This document shows, piece by piece, positions 49,839 to 58,845 of a stretch of 64,000 nt of DNA. The notes under the pieces were generated by a model. That model searched no databases. It saw only the letters and a program-made list of their open reading frames with translations, and was not told the origin of the DNA. Location: the NCBI GenBank assembly GCA_963713045.1, contig CAVQKE010000001.1:480001-544000 (forward strand). Direction: 5' to 3'. The stretch comes from an uncultured delta proteobacterium (GTDB lineage: Bacteria; Myxococcota; Myxococcia; Myxococcales; Myxococcaceae). A program made the translations under genes and the position numbers. Within the stretch, counting starts at the first letter, position 1. The number at the start of each line of letters is the position of its first letter.

Positions 49839-50326
49839 CTGAAGGGTGAAATGCCTCCATCCACGGCGTTCAACGACAACAGTGCCGCAGTGCCGCTGGT
49901 GGCGTAGTCGAGTTGGGAGGAGCAGGAACTGTCCGTCTGCAAGACGAAAAGGTTCGAGGCCAGCCCCGGCGGAGTGAAGCTCGACGAGGTCGACCCGGTC
50001 GGGTCGACGATGGTGTAGTTGCCGGCGACCACCGGCAGAGTCGCATTTCCGGCTGAATCCAACGCTCCCAGCAGGATGACCAAATAGGACATCTCTCCGA
50101 TTCCAGCCTCGAGGGGGGGGTACAGCTGAACTCCGGACTGGAGCATCGGGCAGTTGCCCGTTCCGCTGGACAGCACCGCATACCCAATGGTTGGGTTCCC
50201 CGGGTAGAGGACCAGGAGACTTTCCGAGATGTTGAAAGAAATCGCGCCCATGGGCGGGGTGCTGCTGGAGCAGCCGACCAGTTCCGCACTGCTGACAACC
50301 AACGCTAGAAGTAGCCCACTGCGCAT
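49646..50326 (-). CDS. Hypothetical lipoprotein, paralog A
   Basis: Hydrophobic N-terminus ending LVGC; aligns by eye with 50446-51039; Cys-rich tail. Confidence 0.75.
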   Translation of the reverse strand: MRSGLLLALVVSSAELVGCSSSTPPMGAISFNISESLLVLYPGNPTIGYAVLSSGTGNCPMLQSGVQLYPPLEAGIGEMSYLVILLGALDSAGNATLPVVAGNYTIVDPTGSTSSSFTPPGLASNLFVLQTDSSCSSQLDYATSGTAALLSLNAVDGGISPFSYTAVVNGTQISGTNSLSTCLVSAEVPLADAGTCIECVAPAGADGGLCAIPCTPATDGGVCALD

Positions 50327-50445
50327 GCCTTCATCCTCCGCCGTGAGTTGACATCTCAGCGCGTACGCCCTTGGACTCCGCAGAGGCCATGCGTGTACGG
50401 CTGACACGCCAAAGCAGACACCTTGGTACCGGGGAAGGTTGCCCC

Positions 50446-51039
50446 TTAAGGAAAGCCCGGCGGCACGCAGGTGCCGGCATCAAACCCCGGCGGCGTCGTT
50501 GGCGGAACGGTGCAGGTGGTGAGGTCATTGGCACCCTGAAAGCGGTTCACTCCGAAGATGAGCGTCCAATTCGCTGCCGAGAGGCCGCCGTCCGGCTCAA
50601 ACGGGTTGAGCGTGAGCGTGCCGCTGTTTGCCCCGGTGGGCGTGAAGGTGCAGGCCCCCCCGGTCTCGTATTCGGTGGCGATTCCGTAGAGCCCCGGCTG
50701 GGTCGCGCCGGTGTCGGAAGGAACGGTGATGCTGTAGGTGCCAGCGCTCAGCGGAAGGAATCCGAGGTTCGGCCCCACCGACTCCAATTGGAACGCGAGA
50801 AAGGCGGTGCTCGCGATGTCGGTCCAGGGGATGCCTTGCCGCAAGTAGGCGCAGTTTCCGCTGGTGCTGGCGAGCAGCACCGTGCCCACCGTTGGGTCGC
50901 TCTCGGTGACGAGCAGCAGACCTTCCGAGACAGTCCAGCCGAGCTGGGCGTCGATGATGGATTGGTCCCCGCTACCGCACGCGGCAATTCCGACCACCAA
51001 CAGCGCCAGCGCTCCTGCCGTCCCAACAGTCCTTCGCAT
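50446..51039 (-). CDS. Hypothetical lipoprotein, paralog B
   Basis: Lipobox GIAAC; shared blocks with paralog A. Confidence 0.78.
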   Translation of the reverse strand: MRRTVGTAGALALLVVGIAACGSGDQSIIDAQLGWTVSEGLLLVTESDPTVGTVLLASTSGNCAYLRQGIPWTDIASTAFLAFQLESVGPNLGFLPLSAGTYSITVPSDTGATQPGLYGIATEYETGGACTFTPTGANSGTLTLNPFEPDGGLSAANWTLIFGVNRFQGANDLTTCTVPPTTPPGFDAGTCVPPGFP

Positions 51040-51072
51040 TCGCTGCACCTCGCTTGTGGCCACGGTTGAAAT

Positions 51073-52104
51073 TCAGGCGCTCTGCTCACGGGCTTCGATG
51101 GTAATCGCCTCCGTGAAGGCCCGGTCCGCCGGACGCTGCTCGGTCACTGGAGCCGCAATCCCCCGAGTCCGTCGGCTGTAGAGACTCAGGGTGGGGTCGA
51201 AGATGAAGCGCAGCCAGAGCCTGGTCCAACTGGAGTGCGAATACAGGGGCTCGTACAACTCGGGCGCCATCGCCTTCACCTTGGGCAGTCGCGACCAGGG
51301 CACCATCATCAAGTCGTGGTGTTCATTGTGGTAGCCGACGTTGAAAGCCACGTGGTTGAGCGGCCCGTAATAGGAGAACGTCTCCTGGGGGCCAGGCGCC
51401 GTGAGGTAGTGCTCCTGAATCCAGCGCGCCCCCACCGGGTGAAGCCCAATGGCGAAGACGCTCGACAGGAAGAGGTAGACGAAGGAGCGCCAGCCGAAGG
51501 CCCCCAGCACCGCGGCAACGAAGGCCACTTGCACCGCGAGGTTTGCGACGTACCAGGCGTCCCAAATTTTGATGCGCTTCAGCCGGGGCACGCGCGCCGC
51601 CTGCCAGGCAAAAAAGGTGAGCAGCCAAAGCGCTTTGCGAATGGTGCCATTGCCCACCACCCGGGCTTCCAGCGGCCCGGCGAGGTCGGCGTCCAGGTCC
51701 GGGTCTCCTTGAAACCGGTGGTGAAGCAGGTGGTATTTCCGAAACGGGATGGCGGCCGGAAAAATGATGGGAAGCCCCGCAAAAATCTGAAGGAAGGCGT
51801 TGTCCCGGGCCCGGCGGAAGACGAGGTTGTGGGTCAGGTCATGAATCAACACCCAGAGCCCATGCACCACAAAGGCGCCCCCCAGCCATGCGGCCACCAC
51901 CAGAAGCCACAGCGGCTGGGCCCGGAGCAACCAAGCCGCAGCCCCTTGCACCCCCACCAAAAGGACCACCCAAAATGCAGTCCAGGGCTCGCGCCCAAAA
52001 AGCTGCCGAACCTCCGGGTGCGACCGCAGAAGCTGGCGGGTACGCTCCAGGTGCGGCTCTGGATAGCTGACTCTGTCGAAGGACAGGGGAGGATGGACCG
52101 TCAT
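51073..52104 (-). CDS. Membrane desaturase of the sphingolipid delta-4 desaturase/C4-hydroxylase (DES1/DEGS) type
   Basis: N-terminal EPH..R...LL..HPEV..LFG; His boxes HDLTH, HLLHH, HNEHH; GLHP.GARWIQEH; ET.SYYGPLN; FNVGYHNEHHD; PWSRLP. Confidence 0.9.
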   Translation of the reverse strand: MTVHPPLSFDRVSYPEPHLERTRQLLRSHPEVRQLFGREPWTAFWVVLLVGVQGAAAWLLRAQPLWLLVVAAWLGGAFVVHGLWVLIHDLTHNLVFRRARDNAFLQIFAGLPIIFPAAIPFRKYHLLHHRFQGDPDLDADLAGPLEARVVGNGTIRKALWLLTFFAWQAARVPRLKRIKIWDAWYVANLAVQVAFVAAVLGAFGWRSFVYLFLSSVFAIGLHPVGARWIQEHYLTAPGPQETFSYYGPLNHVAFNVGYHNEHHDLMMVPWSRLPKVKAMAPELYEPLYSHSSWTRLWLRFIFDPTLSLYSRRTRGIAAPVTEQRPADRAFTEAITIEAREQSA

Positions 52105-52289
52105 CGCTGCGTGCCTATATGCGAAACGCCGGAAAAAGACAGGCCCTCACCACGGCGCATACAAGGCCAGCCCATGGTAGCAGAAAGGCCAGTGACTTCC
52201 GGAGGCTAGGGACACTGAGAAATCCGCCCAGGGAAGACTCGCCCCAGGGCCGAGCGCTTGAGGTCGGCCGCCTGCTCGGCGGCCTCTGC

Positions 52290-53288
52290 TTAAGTCTCCG
52301 CTTTCGGCGCACGGGTCATCAATTCGACGACGGCACGCTTCGGCTCCTTCCCCTCATACATGATGGCGTACACCTGAGCGCAGATGGGGAGCTCGACGCC
52401 TGTCTTGAGCGAGAGGTCTCGGGCGCTTTTCGCTGTCTTGACGCCTTCCGCCACCTGATTCATCTCGGCGAGAACGTCCTCGAGTGCGCGGCCTTTGCCC
52501 AATTCAACGCCGACGCGGCGGTTTCTGGAAAGCTCTCCGGTACAGGTCAGCACCAGGTCTCCCATTCCGGAGAGTCCGGCCAGAGTGAGCGGGTTTGCAC
52601 CTTGCCGAACGGCAATGCGGGTGATTTCGGCCAACCCCCGGGTGATGAGCGCTGCCCGGGCGTTGTCTCCGAAGCCCAGTCCGTCCGAGATGCCCGCAGC
52701 GATGGCGATGCAATTCTTGAGCGCTCCCCCCATCTCGACGCCCACCACGTCGGTCGAGGTGTATGCCCGAAAGCTCTCCGTCTGCAGCGTCTTTTGCACC
52801 CGCAGGGCCACTTTGTCCCAGTGGCTGGCGATGGTGACCACCGTCGGCATGCGCTGCGCCAGCTCCTTGGCGAAGGAGGGCCCAGAGAGGATGGCCAAGT
52901 AGGGGTGGACTTCCTCCGGAAGGCAGTCCTCCAGTAGCTGGGTCATCGTCATCAGCGAGCCATTCTCAATGCCCTTGCTCACGCAGACGAGAGGCACGTG
53001 CTGCGGAATCCACGGCAGCGTTCGCTTCATCACCTCCCGCGTCGCCTGGCTGGGGATGGCAAGCATCACCAACTCGGCACCGTCCAGTGCCTGAGAGAGG
53101 TCGCCGGTGGCTTGCACCCGCTCGCTCAACCGGATGCCAGGGAGGTAGCCCGGGTTTTCGTGTCGGGTGTTGATGGCCGACACCGCGTCGGCATCGCGTC
53201 CCCACATTCGGACTTGTGCGCAGTTGATGGCCAAGGTGTTGGCCAGCGCCGTTCCGAAGGAGCCCGAACCGAGCACCGCCGCACGCAT
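52290..53288 (-). CDS. gpsA: NAD(P)H-dependent glycerol-3-phosphate dehydrogenase
   Basis: VLGSGSFGTALA, SKGIE, LSGPSFAKE, GGALKN, GDLVLTC...SRNR, AEGVKT. Confidence 0.98.
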   Translation of the reverse strand: MRAAVLGSGSFGTALANTLAINCAQVRMWGRDADAVSAINTRHENPGYLPGIRLSERVQATGDLSQALDGAELVMLAIPSQATREVMKRTLPWIPQHVPLVCVSKGIENGSLMTMTQLLEDCLPEEVHPYLAILSGPSFAKELAQRMPTVVTIASHWDKVALRVQKTLQTESFRAYTSTDVVGVEMGGALKNCIAIAAGISDGLGFGDNARAALITRGLAEITRIAVRQGANPLTLAGLSGMGDLVLTCTGELSRNRRVGVELGKGRALEDVLAEMNQVAEGVKTAKSARDLSLKTGVELPICAQVYAIMYEGKEPKRAVVELMTRAPKAET

Positions 53289-53440
53289 CGATGGCCCTCC
53301 TGGCCAGACTCACCGGGCCCGAAGCCAACTGCCGGCCTGTCCCTCAATGTAGCGCCTCGGCCACCACTCCGACAGAGGCAGGGGCGCCCCTTCACAGGAA
53401 ACCCTCCCCCCCCCGGGGCTTGCACTGCGAGGACGGGGCG

Positions 53441-54982
53441 GTGAAAACAGTGACCGCCACCGTGCCATCACCGACTTACGACATCCTGAGCTTTCGGCGG
53501 ACCTTCGCCTTGTTGATGGTGTTGGTTGCTCTGCCCTCAGCCGGTCTCACCGGCCTGGGCGTGGTTGCCATTCTCAACGAACGAGCAGCGGTGGAGCAAC
53601 GACTGGGGGCGGTGTGGCGCAGCCGACTCGAGCTGCTCGCCGTGCAGCTCCGCCAAACCCTCGAGGCCTCGACGGTCAGCGCTGGGGCAGATGGCGGATT
53701 GGAGGTGCGTGCGCCGTCCGGCCGCAAGCTGTCGGACGAGGGCTTTCAGCTGCAGGGCGACGTGGTGCAGGCAGCCAACAGCGATTTGGCAGCGGCGCTG
53801 ACCCCGCTGCGCAGCCAGCTGGCCTTCCTTCCCAATCGGCCTTCCTTTCTCTCCGTCACCGGGCCGGAGCGCCCCTTCCTCATCATCGCCGAGCGCACGA
53901 CGTCGGGCGTCGTCGGCGCTCGCCTCGACGAGGGCCAACTCGGCGTGCTTCTGGATGAGGCTGGGCGGGAGCTGCTCGGCCGGGACGAGGCGGTGCACTT
54001 CGAGCTGGTGCCCATCAAGCGGGATGTTCCCCCGCCCGGCCTGGTGGGGCGCCTCATCTCGGGAGTGGCCACCGCGCGCACGGCGTTGACGCCCACGCCG
54101 GTGGCCAGCCGGCCGCTCTCGCCGCCGTTCCAGGAGTTCCAAATTCAGGTCGTCCCCCAGTCCGGGGACCCGGTGGCCGCGGCCTCGATGCGGAACCGAC
54201 TGGTCTACGGGCTGCTGCTTGGGATTTTCTATGTCACCTTTGTGGTGGGCGTCGTCTACACCGCGCGCGCGCTCTACCTGCATGCCCAGCTGTCGCGATT
54301 GAAGACTGACTTCGTGAGCCTGGTGAGCCACGAGCTCCGAACGCCGCTCACCTCCATCCGCATGTTCATCGACACCCTCGCGCTCGGCCGAGTGAAGGAC
54401 GAGGGGCAGACTCAAGAAGTGCTCGGCCTTTTGAAACGCGAGACGGAGCGGTTGTCGGCGATGATTGAGGCCGTGCTCGACTGGTCCCGTCTGGAGAGTG
54501 GGCGTCAGCGCTTCAAGCGGGAGCGGCTCGATGTCCGCCAGGTGGTGGAGGCTTCGTTGGAAGCCTTCCGCGCCCAGCGGCTGGAGGCCACCGTGGCGCT
54601 GTCCACCGAGCTGCCGGAGGACTTACCTGCCATCGAGGGCGACCGCGAGGCCTTGGCCGGGGCCCTCTTGAACCTCTTGCACAACGCCTACAAGTACAGC
54701 GGCGTGGACAAGCGAATCGCTCTGCGCGCGCATGGCGAGAAAAACGGTGTGGCCATCGAGGTCGAAGACCACGGGGTCGGCATCCCGAAGCGGGACCGCA
54801 AGCGCGTTTTCGACCGCTTCTACCGCGTGGACAACCTGCTCACCCGCGACACCGAAGGTTCGGGGCTGGGGCTGTCCATCTCTCGGCGCATTGTCGAGGC
54901 CCACGGCGGTTCGCTGACCTTGGTCAGTGAATTGGGCCAAGGCAGTACCTTCACCCTTCATCTGCCCACGGCGCGCGCATGA
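53441..54982 (+). CDS. Membrane sensor histidine kinase; start uncertain
   Basis: Two TM segments; SHELRTPLTSI, NLLHNAYKYS, DHGVGI, FYRV, GSGLGL. Confidence 0.94.
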   Translation: MKTVTATVPSPTYDILSFRRTFALLMVLVALPSAGLTGLGVVAILNERAAVEQRLGAVWRSRLELLAVQLRQTLEASTVSAGADGGLEVRAPSGRKLSDEGFQLQGDVVQAANSDLAAALTPLRSQLAFLPNRPSFLSVTGPERPFLIIAERTTSGVVGARLDEGQLGVLLDEAGRELLGRDEAVHFELVPIKRDVPPPGLVGRLISGVATARTALTPTPVASRPLSPPFQEFQIQVVPQSGDPVAAASMRNRLVYGLLLGIFYVTFVVGVVYTARALYLHAQLSRLKTDFVSLVSHELRTPLTSIRMFIDTLALGRVKDEGQTQEVLGLLKRETERLSAMIEAVLDWSRLESGRQRFKRERLDVRQVVEASLEAFRAQRLEATVALSTELPEDLPAIEGDREALAGALLNLLHNAYKYSGVDKRIALRAHGEKNGVAIEVEDHGVGIPKRDRKRVFDRFYRVDNLLTRDTEGSGLGLSISRRIVEAHGGSLTLVSELGQGSTFTLHLPTARA

Positions 54983-55683
54983 GCACCGACGCTGGTCGCA
55001 TCCTCGTCATCGAAGACGACCTCTCCATCCTGACCGGCGTCTCGATGAACCTTCGCTTCGAGGGCTACGAGGTGCTCCAGGCGCAGGACGGCCCCCAGGG
55101 ACTTGAGCTCGCCTTCGAGCAGGCGCCGGACCTGGTCATCCTGGACATCATGCTGCCGCGGATGAATGGCTACGAAGTGCTGACCGAACTCCGCCGACGC
55201 GGCCAGCGGGTTCCGGTGCTTTTGCTCTCGGCGCGCGGGATGGAACGGGACAAAGTCCGCGGGCTGGACCTCGGCGCCGACGACTACGTCGCCAAACCCT
55301 TCGGCGTGGCGGAGCTGCTGGCACGGGTGAAGGCGCTGCTTCGGCGCCGCTACGGTGAGGAAGGCACCGTCATCCGCTTCGGCGATGTGCGGGTGGAACT
55401 GGACGAAAAGCGGGTGTTGCGCGCCGGGAAGCCGCTCGAGTTAACCGCTCAGGAATTTCGGCTGCTGGTCCACCTGCTGTCGCAGCCGGGCCGAATCTTC
55501 TCTCGGGAGGAGCTGCTCTCCGGGGCCTGGGGCCTCGAATACGAGGGCACACCCCGCACGGTGGATACCTTCATTCGCCAGCTGAGGGCGAAGCTGGAGC
55601 CGGACCCCGACCAACCGCGCTATTTCGTCACCGCGCGTGGGCTCGGCTACCGCTTCGAGTCCGACTCGGCGCCGGCGCCCTAG
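54979..55683 (+). CDS. OmpR/PhoB-family response regulator
   Basis: IEDD, LDIMLP, GADDYVAKPF, winged-helix RTVD.FIRQLR.K, GLGYRF; ATGA overlap with the kinase. Confidence 0.96.
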   Translation: MSTDAGRILVIEDDLSILTGVSMNLRFEGYEVLQAQDGPQGLELAFEQAPDLVILDIMLPRMNGYEVLTELRRRGQRVPVLLLSARGMERDKVRGLDLGADDYVAKPFGVAELLARVKALLRRRYGEEGTVIRFGDVRVELDEKRVLRAGKPLELTAQEFRLLVHLLSQPGRIFSREELLSGAWGLEYEGTPRTVDTFIRQLRAKLEPDPDQPRYFVTARGLGYRFESDSAPAP

Positions 55684-56189
55684 ACGGTTTCCACCACCTT
55701 CTTCAGCCAGCGGACGAAGGCCTCGGGCGACAGGAAGGTGAGGTCGAGGTCCCCGACGCGGAGGCGATGGGCGCTGCCAAGCGGCGTTGGAACATTGGGC
55801 TTGAGCGGCAGGCCGTCCCACTGCGTCCCGTTTCGACTGGACGCGTCTGCCACTGCCCAGCGAGTGGAGGTCGACTCCTTCTGAAAGTAAGCGTGGAAGC
55901 GGCTGATGCTCTTATGGGGAAGCACCACGTCGTTCACCGATGCTCGGCCGAGTGAGATGCCCGCCTCGAAGGGGTTCGGCCGGTCCTCCGCCTTTCGCAA
56001 GAGAAACACCACCGGGTTGTCCGCGGTGGGGACTTGCAAGGGGGGGTGGCTCCAGTCTTCAGCAAACAGGCCGGCCTCCCACACCAGAACCGGTGTGGTG
56101 ACCGCCTGCGCCAGTGCCTGCTCGCCATCAATGTAGCGGCGCACGTATTCGGTGAAGGGGGCGATGGCCGGCAGCTCCACAGTCGGCAA
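55680..56189 (-). CDS. FHA-domain protein
   Basis: LGRA..ND, SISRFHA, DASSRNGT. Confidence 0.88.
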   Translation of the reverse strand: MPTVELPAIAPFTEYVRRYIDGEQALAQAVTTPVLVWEAGLFAEDWSHPPLQVPTADNPVVFLLRKAEDRPNPFEAGISLGRASVNDVVLPHKSISRFHAYFQKESTSTRWAVADASSRNGTQWDGLPLKPNVPTPLGSAHRLRVGDLDLTFLSPEAFVRWLKKVVETV

Positions 56190-56250
56190 AGCATCGGCCA
56201 GCCCTGAAGGGGCTTCAAGTTCCCGCTCAGGCGACCTAAGACCACGATGT

Positions 56251-56472
56251 ATGTACCGGCGCTACACCATCCATCGGGACGGCGACTTGTTGGTGGAGGA
56301 GCTCGACCCCTCCGGGAAGCCGATGGAGCCCGAGCCTGTCCCGGCCGAGGAGCGGCTTCCAGTGGAAGTCACCGTGTTGGCAGCGGACACCCTCGACGCC
56401 AAGGCGCAGCTGTTGGACTTGCTCGAGCTCGCCTTCGAGATGGAGTCCGGCCCCGAGGAAAAGCCCCGCTGA
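56251..56472 (+). CDS. Small acidic hypothetical protein (73 aa)
   Basis: MYRRYTIHRDGDLLVEE...; GC3-biased codons; fills an intergenic gap. Confidence 0.6.
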   Translation: MYRRYTIHRDGDLLVEELDPSGKPMEPEPVPAEERLPVEVTVLAADTLDAKAQLLDLLELAFEMESGPEEKPR

Positions 56473-56637
56473 GCCCCATTTGTTGCGCCGTCGCCTTGCA
56501 GCCGTCAGCGAATTCGTCAAGCCTTGCGGGTGTGCGGCGCCCGGCGTCGCACGCCCCGGGGCGCGCCTCGGCCTGGAGCCGGTGCCGCTCGGGGCGAGGC
56601 TGGCTGGGAGGCCGCAGCCCGCCGGGCGGCACGTTTT

Positions 56638-57342
56638 CTACTGGCGCAGGTGGGCGACCACCAGCATCACCGCGTCGCCTGCCTTCCAGGCGCGCCCTTC
56701 GAAGGCACCGTCTCGGGTGTGCGCTTGCAGCCCGGCCGCGGCGAGTGCCGCATCGACTTCCCAAGCGGTGAAGGGCCGCAGAAGAAGGCGGCGGATGCCG
56801 GTGTCTGCGTTTGCGCCACGACGGGTCTCTCGAAGGTGGGGCGTGAAGACGGTCCGCTCTGAGGCCACCGCGTCGTGTGGCCCTTCCTCCTCCAGGGCCA
56901 GGTAGCGCGGAGGGGGAAGGGCCAGGTCAAAGACGAAAGGCGCTTCAGGGCCGAGGTGTGCCGCCGCGGAGGCGAAGAGAGCTTCCAAATCGGCCCGGCT
57001 GGCCATCAGTGCAACCGCATTCTGCGGGGCAAACACCGCCCCAAAGCGCCGCGGCAGCCGAAGAGAGCGCAGGTCCGCCCGCATCAACTGCCACCTTCCC
57101 TGCGCCTCTGGAGAAAGCTCGCTCCGGGCTTCCTCCGCTCGCGCCACCATGCGGAGGCTGGGGTCGACGGCTGTGACTTGGGCGCCGCGCTTCACCAAGG
57201 CTCGCACCACCCGCCCATCGGCGCTTCCGAGGACCAGGACTTCGCCCGAGGCCGGAGGCAAGTGCTCGGCGTAACGGCCGACATCGGCATCCACGTCGCT
57301 CACCAGCGACAACACCCTTCGGCGGCCTTCTCCGCGTTTCAT
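56638..57342 (-). CDS. Class I SAM-dependent methyltransferase-like protein (degenerate motif I)
   Basis: VLVLGSADGRV, VTAVDPS..M, ADLRSLRL.RRF, HL.P...FVFD. Confidence 0.78.
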   Translation of the reverse strand: MKRGEGRRRVLSLVSDVDADVGRYAEHLPPASGEVLVLGSADGRVVRALVKRGAQVTAVDPSLRMVARAEEARSELSPEAQGRWQLMRADLRSLRLPRRFGAVFAPQNAVALMASRADLEALFASAAAHLGPEAPFVFDLALPPPRYLALEEEGPHDAVASERTVFTPHLRETRRGANADTGIRRLLLRPFTAWEVDAALAAAGLQAHTRDGAFEGRAWKAGDAVMLVVAHLRQ

Positions 57343-57474
57343 GGAAGCTTCCTCGCGCCCGGGTCCCTAGCACGCTCTTGGCCGCCAGGTGGAGCCGACG
57401 TGGGAGAGACTCTCACCCTCTGGAAGCCGTGGCGGTCGGCGTGAGAGCCCGTAGAATGTGGAGTCGACCCCCCA

Positions 57475-58845
57475 ATGAGCACCACCGCACCGAACCCCAC
57501 CATCCCGGCGCACACCGTCCTTGGGAGCCGGTCTGCCGTTGGGGAACGACTGGGATTTCAAGATTTTCACCTGGTGCTGGTGAACACCGAGCAGGCCGGG
57601 CAGTCCTTTCCGTTGCGGACCGAGACGTTGAAAATCGGCAAAGCCCCGGACAGCGATGTCGTCATCGACTCGCCCACGGTGAGCCGAAACCACCTCATCA
57701 TTCGCCGCCAGGGCGACCGCTTTCTCGTCCAGGACTTGGCCTCCACCAACGGCACCTTCATCGACGGCGCCCAAGTGCGGGAGGCCTACCTCAAGCCAGG
57801 TCAGCTGCTGGAGTTGGGCGACGTGCAGCTTCGGTTCCAATCCACATTGCAGCCGGTGCGCATCGCCCCCATCAGCGAGGACCGTCTGGGAGAGCTGGTC
57901 GGGAAAAGCCTGCCGATGCGCCAGATTTTTGCCCTCCTCAAACGGATTGCCCCCACCGACTCGACACTGCTGTTGGTGGGGGAGACGGGGAGCGGCAAGG
58001 GGGTGGTGGCCAAAGGCGTCCACCAACTCAGCCCGCGAAAGGCCGGACCGCTGGTCATCTTCGACTGCGCCGCAGTCAGCGACAGTCTCATCGAGAGCGA
58101 ATTGTTCGGCCATGAGAAGGGCGCCTTCACGGGCGCGGTGGCTCAGCGCGTCGGGTGCCTGGAGCGCGCCAACAACGGGACCCTGTTTCTCGATGAAATC
58201 GACGACCTGGGGATGGACCTCCAGCCCAAGCTGCTGCGCGCCATCGAAGACCGCGAGTTCCGTCGGCTTGGAGCTTCGGGCACGCCAGTGGCCTTCGATG
58301 CCCGCATCGTCGCTGCCAGCAAGAAGGACCTGTGGGCGGAAACGCAGGCTGGCCGCTTTCGCGAGGACCTGTACTTCCGGCTGTCGGTCTTCACCGTCAC
58401 ACTCCCGCCGCTGCGCGACCGCAAAGAGGACATCCCGCTCCTCGTCGACGCCTTCGCCGGAGAGTCGCTTTGGGAGAGGCTCCCGCAGGGCGTGCGAGAC
58501 CAATTCACCGCCCACACCTGGCCGGGCAACGTCCGGGAATTGCGCAACGCCCTGGAACGCGCTCGGCACATGGTGGAGATGCCGGAGCTCACCTCCAGCT
58601 CGCTGCTGCGCGAATTCGCCCAGCCGCCACCGGCCAACGCTGACAGCCTTCCCGCCGGCTATACCGGTCCCTTCAAGGAGTCCAAAGAGGAGTTGGTCCG
58701 AGCCTTCGAGCGGGAATACCTGACGCGACTGCTGGCCCGAGCCAAAGGCAACGTCGCCAAAGCGGCGCGCGAAGCCGAGCTCGACCGCAAGCACCTTTAC
58801 TCCCTCCTTCACAAGTACGGCCTGGTCCAGTCCGACTCAGAATGA
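57475..58845 (+). CDS. FHA-domain sigma54-dependent enhancer-binding protein (Fis-type HTH)
   Basis: FHA (IGK, TVSRNH, DLASTNGT); GETGSGK; ESELFGHEKGAFTGA; LFLDEI; FREDLYFRL; WPGNVRELRN; C-terminal HTH. Confidence 0.97.
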   Translation: MSTTAPNPTIPAHTVLGSRSAVGERLGFQDFHLVLVNTEQAGQSFPLRTETLKIGKAPDSDVVIDSPTVSRNHLIIRRQGDRFLVQDLASTNGTFIDGAQVREAYLKPGQLLELGDVQLRFQSTLQPVRIAPISEDRLGELVGKSLPMRQIFALLKRIAPTDSTLLLVGETGSGKGVVAKGVHQLSPRKAGPLVIFDCAAVSDSLIESELFGHEKGAFTGAVAQRVGCLERANNGTLFLDEIDDLGMDLQPKLLRAIEDREFRRLGASGTPVAFDARIVAASKKDLWAETQAGRFREDLYFRLSVFTVTLPPLRDRKEDIPLLVDAFAGESLWERLPQGVRDQFTAHTWPGNVRELRNALERARHMVEMPELTSSSLLREFAQPPPANADSLPAGYTGPFKESKEELVRAFEREYLTRLLARAKGNVAKAAREAELDRKHLYSLLHKYGLVQSDSE

